From: a virus
Reading direction: 5' to 3' (one strand)
Virus record (IMG/VR): IMGVR_UViG_3300017717_000005
Coordinates: 1 to 59,849 of that record
Length of the DNA stretch: 59,849 nt
Made by a program: the position numbers and the translations under genes. The notes under the pieces are model-generated. The model was not told the origin of the DNA and searched no databases. It saw only the letters and a program-made list of their open reading frames with translations. This document shows, in pieces, positions 23,801-32,149 of this stretch. Position 1 is the stretch's first letter; each line of letters opens with the position of its first letter.

Positions 23801-26800
23801 TGCTTGAATGGGTTGAAGAATGCCTTCACCCCGTCGAAGTTCATGAGATCAATGTTGTCGGTCATGAACTCACCATCCACGCTGGCCATAGGGAACTTGT
23901 TCTCTTGGAACGTAACGATCTTCTTGCGTGCGTTCTGATTGACATTCAGGTTTGGATTCTTGACCATGACAGCACCAGCGTACTTCAAGGCCTCGCCTGT
24001 AGCGGTCTTGTCGTGCATAGTCTGAACTGGGACTCCTGTGTTCTTCATGACGTTGAGGTTGAGTCTAACCCCAACCTTTCTGCCAGACTCCACCTGAACT
24101 CCCTTAGCAATAATCCTTCTTGACGTAGCATCTGTGTTTAAGGCTCCTTGCACAACTCTGTTGCTGATCGACTCTCCATTCCTCAGGACGGCAAGAGCCT
24201 CCTTTGGACCTCTCGTTCTGTACAGATTAGATTGCGTCGCGTCCTTCTTGCCTGCCTCTGTAGGGAACAGCAGCAGCTGAGATGCTCTTGCATCAGACTT
24301 GCTCTTCATTGGAGGCAAGTTCCTAAGAGCCCCAGCGTATGTTTTGTAGTCGAGAGATTCTTTGAGATTACCGTCTGCATCGAATATGGCGTTGTCTTTG
24401 TGACCGACGAAGATTTGTCTGTCAGCAAAAACCAACTGTCCAACTGTTGATGGAGTGACTCTTTGGTCTGGGAATGTGTCAGCCAAAACACTAGCCATCT
24501 GAGTAACAAACTCCCCCGACTTTCTCTTCTTGGAGTTGCTTTCTGGTAGGCTTGGATTTTCGATTTGCTCCAAGATGCGATTAAGAGCAGAAATATCTGA
24601 CTCTGACTTGCCCTCTACCTCCAAGAAGTCAATGTGTTGTTTAGCAGCCCTATAGATGTCTGCCATTATGCCGACCGATCTGCTTACATCAGCCCTATTT
24701 TTAGCATCTCTGCCCTGCATGCCGCCAAAGAGAGAAGAGTATTGAATATCATAGGAGCTATTGTCCACATCTTTACCCAACTGCTCCAAGTCAACGCTGC
24801 TCATATCAACTCCCATAGACTCAAGCTTCCTTGTGAGCCTTAGCCAGTTTCTAAGAACAAGACCTTCTGCCCCTTCATACGTCCCCAGTACAAGCTGTGT
24901 TGTGTTGTACACATGAGTGTCTACGGTGACGATGTCTGAGAGCTTACCTGACTTTTTGTTCGAAAGGTTTGGCATAAGCTCTTGGTTCATATTGAGCAAC
25001 CAAGCACCGACCTTGTTACCAAACAAAGCTTGAGACATAGTTCTTTCAATCACATTCGCCCCCGAGTATGGCGACAACAAGAACCCCGTGAGTCTCTTCC
25101 AATCAACCTCTCCGTCAGGCCTCACAAAAGGACCGTTCTCAGAAATCTCTTTTGCGTAGATCTTCTTAAATGTTGGGGTGATACCCTTGAGATCAAGATC
25201 TCCGTTGATGATTGAGTTGAGCTTTCTAATCGCCTTGGCATACGATCTAACACCAACCCCAGATGCTCCTTTGATCTTCTTAGCACCAACCTTCTTGGCG
25301 AGGTTCTCTGTAATGCCACTAGCTCCGTCAAACTTGAGCGCTTCTGACTCAACCATGAGCTGCAGAACAGCCTCCATGTTTGGCTTAGACTGGTTCTTGG
25401 CTGACACGAGGGCCGCAAAGAAGTTCATCTTAGCCAAGTTGTTGAACCTGCTGCCAGTAAGTGCGCCCTCATCAAGGGCTTGATCCACCTTGGCCTCAGC
25501 CTCGGCTTGATAGTTTACAAAGTATTCTAGCGGATTTTCATCGCCAAACTTTGCTGCTCTAAGTTCTGGACTAGCCATGTACTGACCCATAAGCCCCTGG
25601 AACACCTCTTGCATTGCTGCTGGGTTATCCTCAAACTTAACCATAAGGAACTGCCTCATGGCATCATAAGCGGCTGCACGTGAGTTTACCGATTTACCTT
25701 TAGGTATTTCAACACCCATGTTACGCAAAGCCTTCTCAAGCATCTTTACGTGTTGAGGGCTAAAGGCATCTCTTTCGAGGTTGATCATGAACTCAAACAG
25801 AGAGTCAGAAGCTCTGGTCTCCGAGTCGCCTTTGAAGTTAAACTCCTTACCCTTAGCCTTAGCCTCTCTTTCAATGATTCCCTCTACGTGAGTATACAGA
25901 CCGTCAAGTCGTTCTTGGAACTGCGGTGCTTTGCCAAACGCTTGTGGGTTTGTCTCGCCCCTGCTTTCGGCCTGACTGATCATTCTCAAGATCGGAGCTG
26001 TCTTTCTTCTCACAGCAGCGGCCACGGACTTAGAAATAAGCCCTTGCGCCTCTGCTGAAGACACCATTCTATTGAGGTCTTTACTCTTCTGCTTGATCGG
26101 GTTTGAATCGAGTCTGTTGCTCTTTCTAGCGCCATACCCTTTGATTCGGTCAACATCAACGACCTTACCCTCAGAGTCAGTGAAGCCAGTAAGCTCTTGC
26201 TTCTTGCCCATGTCGGTAGTCTTTTTCCACCAGTTGATGAAGTGCCACTGATCTCTAAACGACTTGGTTTGTTTGGCAGACCCAATATCTTTTCTTTCTC
26301 CAAACCCGAAGTACTTGTAGATAGGCTTGTTGTAGGTGACGGTCACGGTGCCATCTTCATTCTTAGCAAGTCTCGCAGGTGACACTCTCTCAGAAGCTCT
26401 TGTCTCACCTGCAAAAGCCTGAGAGTCAACGGTCAAGTCCGAACCAAACACGATACCCTTCTCTTGAGCCATTGCAAACTTGGCAATGATAGCCCTCATG
26501 GAGTCCGAGTTGGTGATAGCCAGATCCTTCCCTGCTGCTCCATGGATTGCAATCATCATTTTGTTGATGGCAATTCTCACTCTCTCGATAATACCAAGAT
26601 CTACATCCCCAGCGGCCAAGGCTGACAGCAACTCGATTGTAGTTTCTTCGAAGACCTCAGCCTTAGGCTTGCTCCCGTAAGCTCTTTCCTTTTCTTCCAT
26701 CCTCTCAATGAGGTCTGGATTTCTTCTAGCCACGATGGCGGCAATGTTGTCTCTGAAGCTCTGAGCAACATCAGGATTCTTAGAGTACATATTGTACAGT

Positions 26801-29800
26801 GTCTTCCCGATCACTGCGTGCATAACCTCCTCCTGCACTGTTTCTGCGAAACTCTTTGTTCTCTTTAAGCCTCCTTCTCCTCGGTCAAACTCAAGTCTTT
26901 GGTTTTCTCTAATCTGAGACGGATTGATGTGGATTGCTCCTCCAGAGTACAGCCCACCCCATGTCGTTCCGTGCTCACCCCCGTCCAGGTTGCCAGCTGT
27001 TTCGGCGTCTGGATATACCACAAGATCCAGACCTAAGAAATCAGCAAAGGCTTGGAATCTGTTAAGGATCTTAGCTTCTTTTGCTGTGAGACCACCCATG
27101 CCCTCAAGCCAAGTCCCTTTATCGTTTTTTCTGTTTGCTTGAACAGATCTGTCTGGGTATTTCGACTTAGGCGCAGCCTCTGATTCCTTTGACTCAGATC
27201 TTGTCTCCTCTACCAGCTGATCAATCTCACTTAGGTCGTCAGTGGCTGAAGTTTCTTTCTCTTCAGCCTTAGACTCTGTCAGTGCTCTAATATCTGCTAC
27301 TCTGTCGATCTCTGGCTTCAGCCCCTCTACAACCTTACCGTCGCCGCCAGTGGCAATCTCCTCCATTGTATCAAGAGCAAATACAGAAACCTGGTTGTAT
27401 TGCTCGCCGAGTGAGACTGCTGCCTTCTTATCGACCACGGCTGACACGTCGATGAATGTCTGATCTGACTGGGCATCGTAGTACGTTCCGATTGATAGGA
27501 CGTCTTCGTTGCCTTCAAAAATATCTTTGTTGGCTTCTTTGAACTCGTTAAGAATCTGAACCATCTCTTGCTGGCTCATCTTGCCTTTCACGATCTTGCT
27601 TCTTTCATTGAAGATGCTTACCGAAGCCTTCGGTTGGCCCACTTGGTTTTGACCATCAAGCGTGTATGTGCTGCCCAGTACGCCTCCAGTAGCCTCATCT
27701 GCGAAGTGGTTCTCCGATTGAGATTCAGCACTCCACGATGTTGCTGGCTCTTCAAGTACAGCAGCTTCTGACTCTATGCCGAGCACAGAGGACAAACCGT
27801 TTGCAGCCTCCAAGACACCAGCCTCTGATTGGTCTGACGGCGTTGAGTCGTACTCAGATCTAGCGCCGTTGTAATTAGACAGAGCCTCCACAAGGGACTG
27901 ACTCTCCTGCTCAACAGCCTGGATCTCTGATTCAATGTCAGCTACGTCGCTCTCACTTCTAGTGCCTTCAGCAACCTCCTCTACAGCGCTTTGAAGTCTC
28001 TCATTGAGTGACAATCTTTCTTGCTCAAGAGAAGCTATCTGATCCTGAACCTGCTCTTTGACTTCCGTGGTAGCCTCTACATTATTCAGAGACACCTCGT
28101 TAGGGTTGAAGCTGTCCTCTAGGGTCTTTCTCTGGGTGGCCTTTCTTTCTAGCTCTGCCTCAAGCTCTGCCCTTGACTCTGCTGTCAGGTTTTTGCTCTT
28201 TAGCTCAAGCTGGATGTTGTGAATGTCTGTGTCGATCGATTGCAAAGCACGTGCCTTTCTTGGCTCAGCTTGTGCCATCTTCTTGTACCTACCCAAGAGA
28301 CCGCTTCTTCTAGATTTAGCCTCGTTTCTTTGACTTTTAGCAAGAGCTGACAACCTCTCTTTCTCACCACGGTCCACAGACCTCCTTGCTTTACCCTCGT
28401 TTGCTGCGGCCTTGTTTTCCAGGTCCGCAGCTACGGATCCCTCGGTAGAGTTGCTTGAAGATGCAAGGCGCCTCGCCGCTTGAGATGAGTTCTGATTCTC
28501 AATATCGATTTCAGAGACTCCTCTTGGATGTAACTTCTTAGCGTGGTCAATGCCCTTGCGAGTGATAGATGCAGCAGATTCGGTGTCTCCGTTTTTCACC
28601 GCCCTGGTCAGGTTTGATAAAGAATAATCTGTCGCAGACTGAAGGGCCATGTCATCAAGCTCAAGGCCAGCCTTAGATGCCTCCTCCCTGATCTTCTGCT
28701 GAGCCTGGTCTACTGATGGGCGTTGAGCCTTCTTCTGACTGGCAACACTACCCTCAAATTCCCCGTCATTCTTTACGTCAAGTCTGTTCAGGTCGTGACC
28801 CGCGTCCATAAATGCCCTGGCTTCTTGGTAACTCACTTTCTGGCCGTCAATTCTGTACTCAGGAACAAACATCATATTTATCCCAGTAGTGATACCAGAA
28901 ACAGGAACCTCCATAAACCCCTCAAGAACAGACTCAAATGCGTCAACCTCTCCTGTAGACACCAACTGAGCTGCAGTCTCTCCAACCATAGCCATCGGAG
29001 TCTCCACTGCCATACCGACAGCAGCTCTTCCTGTCTTTGATGAAAGTGCTTTTGACGTGCTCTTCGCTGCAAAACCCATGGCCTTACCAGACCCAACCGC
29101 AGCCAAGGAGTCAAAGACCGCAATGGTGACTCCTCTTGCGATTGCCTGAGTCTTCATTCGGCTTACAATCTCTTCATCATTGAAGATCTTTTCTAGATTC
29201 TCCCCTGTCATGGACAGGTTATTGTGATCTATTTCTTCCCTTAGGATTTCCATGATGGTTGAGTGGGCGTCAACCATGCCTGAAACACCGCCCATAAGAC
29301 CCTTGAAGAATCCAGGAACCGCGCCAGCGATTGCACCAACAGCAGTACCAGGGCCAGGTGCAACAGCAGTACCAGCGGTACCTCCAATGGTGGCGTATGC
29401 ACCCGCTGTCACCACACCAGAAACTCCTGCTCCAGCCAAACCGCTAAGCTCAGTTCCGCTACCAATCATTCTTCCGAACGAATTAAACAGCGTTTCCATG
29501 CCTCCAGACTTGTTGTTGGCGAAAACAGCAACCTTATCCCAGAAGCCGCCACCCGCTTTGTCCACCTCTTCCATCTGCTTGCCGAACTCGGTCGCCGCCT
29601 CTGACCTCCCTATGCTGTCGATTTCTACGATAGATTTAGCCAGTTCATCGAACTCTGCATCGCCATCCAGAGCCCCGATGAGCTCATCACCAAGAGACCC
29701 TTCTTCTCTACCCTGCTTAAATACTCTAGCTTGGTTGACCATCCAGTCAGTGAGATCTTCGGCTCCTTGAGCGATTTTACCGTCTCCGTAGTCTATTTTG

Positions 29801-30090
29801 TCGAACCAATCCCAGGTCTGTGCAACACCCCTTTCAAACCAGCTATCGTCCTCCTTGCCTAGCTTAGGTCTATCTTCCTCTGTAACATTACTTGAAGCGA
29901 CGTTTGTGATGGTATTTAACGCTTCCTTGACCTGTACCTCTTCCTTTTGAAGGGTCTTAGCAAGGAGGCTGACCGCTTCGTCTTGGGCCATTCTGATTTT
30001 AGGAGAGTAAATCAGACTTCTGAGAATGTAGTCGTCGCTTTTACCTTCCTTGGAAAGGTTAAGAATTAGCTCTGTAGCCTTATCGTTCAT
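20782..30090 (-). CDS. giant virion-associated (internal/ejection-type) protein, 3102 aa, function unknown
   Basis: One uninterrupted 9.3-kb ORF. Has a Gly/Ala-rich hydrophobic zipper (GAGVSGVVTAGAYATIGGTAGTAVAPGPGTAVGAIAGAVPGFF) and a long Glu/Gln/Ser-rich coiled-coil region. It occupies the position of T7 gp16-like core proteins, after the tail-tube-like genes. Confidence 0.55.
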   Translation of the reverse strand: MNDKATELILNLSKEGKSDDYILRSLIYSPKIRMAQDEAVSLLAKTLQKEEVQVKEALNTITNVASSNVTEEDRPKLGKEDDSWFERGVAQTWDWFDKIDYGDGKIAQGAEDLTDWMVNQARVFKQGREEGSLGDELIGALDGDAEFDELAKSIVEIDSIGRSEAATEFGKQMEEVDKAGGGFWDKVAVFANNKSGGMETLFNSFGRMIGSGTELSGLAGAGVSGVVTAGAYATIGGTAGTAVAPGPGTAVGAIAGAVPGFFKGLMGGVSGMVDAHSTIMEILREEIDHNNLSMTGENLEKIFNDEEIVSRMKTQAIARGVTIAVFDSLAAVGSGKAMGFAAKSTSKALSSKTGRAAVGMAVETPMAMVGETAAQLVSTGEVDAFESVLEGFMEVPVSGITTGINMMFVPEYRIDGQKVSYQEARAFMDAGHDLNRLDVKNDGEFEGSVASQKKAQRPSVDQAQQKIREEASKAGLELDDMALQSATDYSLSNLTRAVKNGDTESAASITRKGIDHAKKLHPRGVSEIDIENQNSSQAARRLASSSNSTEGSVAADLENKAAANEGKARRSVDRGEKERLSALAKSQRNEAKSRRSGLLGRYKKMAQAEPRKARALQSIDTDIHNIQLELKSKNLTAESRAELEAELERKATQRKTLEDSFNPNEVSLNNVEATTEVKEQVQDQIASLEQERLSLNERLQSAVEEVAEGTRSESDVADIESEIQAVEQESQSLVEALSNYNGARSEYDSTPSDQSEAGVLEAANGLSSVLGIESEAAVLEEPATSWSAESQSENHFADEATGGVLGSTYTLDGQNQVGQPKASVSIFNERSKIVKGKMSQQEMVQILNEFKEANKDIFEGNEDVLSIGTYYDAQSDQTFIDVSAVVDKKAAVSLGEQYNQVSVFALDTMEEIATGGDGKVVEGLKPEIDRVADIRALTESKAEEKETSATDDLSEIDQLVEETRSESKESEAAPKSKYPDRSVQANRKNDKGTWLEGMGGLTAKEAKILNRFQAFADFLGLDLVVYPDAETAGNLDGGEHGTTWGGLYSGGAIHINPSQIRENQRLEFDRGEGGLKRTKSFAETVQEEVMHAVIGKTLYNMYSKNPDVAQSFRDNIAAIVARRNPDLIERMEEKERAYGSKPKAEVFEETTIELLSALAAGDVDLGIIERVRIAINKMMIAIHGAAGKDLAITNSDSMRAIIAKFAMAQEKGIVFGSDLTVDSQAFAGETRASERVSPARLAKNEDGTVTVTYNKPIYKYFGFGERKDIGSAKQTKSFRDQWHFINWWKKTTDMGKKQELTGFTDSEGKVVDVDRIKGYGARKSNRLDSNPIKQKSKDLNRMVSSAEAQGLISKSVAAAVRRKTAPILRMISQAESRGETNPQAFGKAPQFQERLDGLYTHVEGIIEREAKAKGKEFNFKGDSETRASDSLFEFMINLERDAFSPQHVKMLEKALRNMGVEIPKGKSVNSRAAAYDAMRQFLMVKFEDNPAAMQEVFQGLMGQYMASPELRAAKFGDENPLEYFVNYQAEAEAKVDQALDEGALTGSRFNNLAKMNFFAALVSAKNQSKPNMEAVLQLMVESEALKFDGASGITENLAKKVGAKKIKGASGVGVRSYAKAIRKLNSIINGDLDLKGITPTFKKIYAKEISENGPFVRPDGEVDWKRLTGFLLSPYSGANVIERTMSQALFGNKVGAWLLNMNQELMPNLSNKKSGKLSDIVTVDTHVYNTTQLVLGTYEGAEGLVLRNWLRLTRKLESMGVDMSSVDLEQLGKDVDNSSYDIQYSSLFGGMQGRDAKNRADVSRSVGIMADIYRAAKQHIDFLEVEGKSESDISALNRILEQIENPSLPESNSKKRKSGEFVTQMASVLADTFPDQRVTPSTVGQLVFADRQIFVGHKDNAIFDADGNLKESLDYKTYAGALRNLPPMKSKSDARASQLLLFPTEAGKKDATQSNLYRTRGPKEALAVLRNGESISNRVVQGALNTDATSRRIIAKGVQVESGRKVGVRLNLNVMKNTGVPVQTMHDKTATGEALKYAGAVMVKNPNLNVNQNARKKIVTFQENKFPMASVDGEFMTDNIDLMNFDGVKAFFNPFKHNVFVDAAGRPIKSAEEATIVGNTVYLRGDIEYYGFNDPTLKQGRSETASERAKRVKRGPKYTKAVKRFQAMAEKNGVQFADALDVELAYDNMPVESKVALNESEVAANMEEAQSRASSLLKTRKTAGRMARKYPGVRGEILSNPKNYFTPQSLKELKGELSDKSDADLIAMMSGQGLGNLQSRNDDLGVLATSELINRAVGRGDMDAVPFLVEQAAAAGTTAGRLLRHLRELKSGTPAGIVGVIESAVQKRGNSLSPAQKQRLERIAADLFQRQAEHEELMKQAIAGQDVEIELEAATRRVKLAERELDTFSNGVIERGWGEIGTMLIQGNLLTPMSQITNVGANMVNALGKVAVDAVALPVERLINAFGIESPMKRNYAINAYMYGLRKFGQGFVEALDTIATGQEADGTEWRVHRGFAPFRSLMSAMGKGDLPLGPDGAVSNRQRVKLAVQGTFGIPAETMFRFLTLGDTPFRRYVEGIELYQAGKNMGLEGDALTNFIKHPTKKAREAAEREGRKLTFQERTAMSDVAEDSVKFFERVISKGMSWVPGLDSNAFAKFVIRSNMPYVRTPANMLIETLTYVSPYVAGPSIVKKLSEGDARGASQDFGKIVVGTMVSQTAVALIREGLISEALDWSDDEKRNISYDQFPPSSINVTGVQRWVRGEDSSHQPDDVFVGYNKLGILGAVIGATAKSVNKEELRQRDDEEFALHALQDVFGVGAFSGITYMMDQSFMQGMSTLLDVVGSADVKDLEKSFEKWTRTTFQAVSATVLPNTLSAVYRGNREFLPDTRVTKDMSTTERMLTQMAYTIKDRTFGLSELPVRVDWKGNPIKQTPRGTTGIAYQIFDITKSRQGEADAVSNEIYRLYEQTEDLTKACGTPGYAAKRKINVPNITSRYKSKLQKAGINYPWMQDEEFQDQAFYLNTTQLNKLMEASGKERYQELEALIATEEYAKMGDEERVMAMNKVNDHYNGAIEYQGNRFRNHTLMLFQIMQEQYENERSED

Positions 30091-30108
30091 ATTCGCAGCT
30101 GTTTACTG

Positions 30109-30116
30109 CAAATATA
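30109..30116 (-). promoter_or_regulatory. late promoter box TATATTTG(C)
   Basis: The + strand reads gcaaatata. It lies 18 nt upstream of the giant ORF's ATG, inside a 57-nt intergenic gap. Confidence 0.5.
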
Positions 30117-30147
30117 CTTAATCTAGGTCTACGGCTATGCCGAAGGG

Positions 30148-31275
30148 TTACTGACCTGGGAGTGGAGGAGCAAGGGCGTCGTAGATATTATCAAAAGCTC
30201 CGTCCCCTAGTTGATCATCCATCTGCTGTTCCAAAGCTTCAAGATCTTGAGGTCTAATATTAAACACTGTTCCGTCTGACGAATAAATCATAGGGTCCAG
30301 TCCCTCGAACCAAACAAATTGAACCCCGTTAAACGAGCCGTTACCGAAGTCAAGCGTTAAGTTGGGAGGCAGGTTGTAAGATCGGCCTCCATTCGGTCCA
30401 CCACTAACTTCCACGACGTCAGATGGATTGAAGTCGAAGCTGTCTTCTTCTTGGGAGTCTGCGGTCTCTTCGTTTTGATTAGGAGTCCACTTATTGGATG
30501 CCTCCTCTGCGTACTTACGTACAGCGATACGACGTTCCTCTTCGTCCATCTGGTCTACGGTCGTCTCAAGTCCCTGGCTTTCAATCCACCATCGATGAGC
30601 ATTTGCAGCTTCTGTTGGATCCTTAATGATCCTACCCTCAATATTATCTGCAGCCTGCTCTTTATTATCCATGCCAGCCACAGAGTGTCCAGCCCACCAA
30701 GAATCAGGATTGCGGACATCAGTGTTCTGGAGATCAGGCATGAAGTTATGCTCATCAAAAACCTTGAAAGCGTCACCGCCGTCGATAACATACATCCCAT
30801 TCTCATCTGTAGAAACTTGGAAGAGGTCTCTCCCGTTCATCCGAGCAAACTCATACTGATAGTCGTCTACAGTCTTGCCGTCTTTTACGCCTCTAGACTC
30901 ATACTCCTGAGGGTTAGATCCAGCAGCAATCTCTGAGTTTTGCTGAAACTGCGCGTACTCTGATGTGAAATATCCTTTCGACTTCTCCGCAAACTCATTT
31001 GCCTGCTTGAGCTTTGTCTCCCACTTGGCAATATCTGCATCGCTTGACAAGGCGCTTGGAAGAGATTCCCTAAGGTCTTGAGCCATAGTCTGATACGCAG
31101 AGTAGTGAGAGTCAAACATCTCATCTACATCAGGCTCTGCAAGCGTGCTTGCTTTCTCCCTAATGCCTGCTCCCTTTTCCTTGACCTCAGACAGCTTCTC
31201 ATCAAACTTGGCAAAGTAATTCTTACCTGCACCTGTATTGAGATCAAGACTCCCTACTGAACCAAATACGCTCAT
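30148..31275 (-). CDS. hypothetical virion protein (375 aa), internal-core-like by position
   Basis: Long ORF overlapping the upstream gene by 4 nt. Acidic, with no TM segments. Confidence 0.45.
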   Translation of the reverse strand: MSVFGSVGSLDLNTGAGKNYFAKFDEKLSEVKEKGAGIREKASTLAEPDVDEMFDSHYSAYQTMAQDLRESLPSALSSDADIAKWETKLKQANEFAEKSKGYFTSEYAQFQQNSEIAAGSNPQEYESRGVKDGKTVDDYQYEFARMNGRDLFQVSTDENGMYVIDGGDAFKVFDEHNFMPDLQNTDVRNPDSWWAGHSVAGMDNKEQAADNIEGRIIKDPTEAANAHRWWIESQGLETTVDQMDEEERRIAVRKYAEEASNKWTPNQNEETADSQEEDSFDFNPSDVVEVSGGPNGGRSYNLPPNLTLDFGNGSFNGVQFVWFEGLDPMIYSSDGTVFNIRPQDLEALEQQMDDQLGDGAFDNIYDALAPPLPGQ

Positions 31276-32123
31276 GATCTAGCACGCTTTTCAAACTTCT
31301 TAAACAGTTGTCGCGCAAACTTACTTTCTTTTGAAATCTTTCTGGCCTGTTCTGGGCTAACAATGTACTCATCTCCAGTGGCCTCCCCAATCTTTTCGCC
31401 AGACTGCATCAAGTCGATCGGGTTTGTCTCATGGCTAAACTCACCAGGCAGCTTCATGCCTTTCTCAGCCTTAAATATTCCGCCCAAGAAGTTTTCATTC
31501 TCGTCATTCAAAGTAGTTAGACCGTCAAACAAAGAGCTAGTCAGTCCTTGTCTAAACGCCTGCTGAGATTGCATATCCATGAGCTCAGCCTGGCGCTCAC
31601 CAAGAGTGGCGTCACCATACTGAGTTCTAGCCAACCCCAAGTCCCCTCTAGCGTCTCTAAGCATCTCTCTGATACGCATGTTCTCTTGCTGCTGCTCAAT
31701 GCCTCCAAACGTCTTGAGAGCCCCCAGCTTTCTGCTTTGCTCCCCAGCTGCAATCTTCTCCATCTGATTGGCTGTGCGTGCTTGCGTGGCCCCAAGACCA
31801 CCAAGCAAAGCGCGTGCCCCTCCAGATCTAAGGGCACCCAGGCTCTCTGCCTGGTTCCTCATGGCTTCCTTTCTTTGGAAGTCAGACATCGGATCCTGCA
31901 TAGCCATGTCCAAGTACTTCTTGTACGTGTCCCCTACGCCGATATCCTTCTTGGCAGCCTCTCTTGAGGCCATGGATTGGTCCATTTGGGCACGTGCATC
32001 GGTTCTTAGCCCACCGTAGAAATCTTCTACATTTTCAGCAAGCTTCCTGTCACCCACACGCTGCTGAACAGCGTTGATGATAGAAGGTCCAAATTGTAAA
32101 GCGAGAGCACCTAATACTGACAT
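31272..32123 (-). CDS. hypothetical virion protein (283 aa), internal-core-like by position
   Basis: Long ORF with a Gln/Arg/Ala-rich helical composition. Preceded by its own promoter box. Confidence 0.45.
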   Translation of the reverse strand: MSVLGALALQFGPSIINAVQQRVGDRKLAENVEDFYGGLRTDARAQMDQSMASREAAKKDIGVGDTYKKYLDMAMQDPMSDFQRKEAMRNQAESLGALRSGGARALLGGLGATQARTANQMEKIAAGEQSRKLGALKTFGGIEQQQENMRIREMLRDARGDLGLARTQYGDATLGERQAELMDMQSQQAFRQGLTSSLFDGLTTLNDENENFLGGIFKAEKGMKLPGEFSHETNPIDLMQSGEKIGEATGDEYIVSPEQARKISKESKFARQLFKKFEKRARS

Positions 32124-32128
32124 GATTG

Positions 32129-32136
32129 CAAATATA
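32129..32136 (-). promoter_or_regulatory. late promoter box TATATTTG(C), 5 nt from the ATG
   Basis: The minus strand reads TATATTTGCAATCATG. Confidence 0.5.
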
Positions 32137-32149
32137 GTTATTATTGGTC

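Noticed and set aside
20782-30090. The possibility that the giant ORF is an N4-like or crAss-like virion RNA polymerase. The gene order fits, and a DAAGR match to the T/DxxGR motif occurs in ...KHNVFVDAAGRPIKS....
   Set aside because: Downstream of DAAGR I found no motif A, no motif B (Rx3Kx6-7YG) and no motif C. I also found no DxDxD (DFDGD/DFDID-type) two-barrel catalytic motif anywhere in the protein. The single 5-residue match is probably chance. Only profile or structure searches can settle it.
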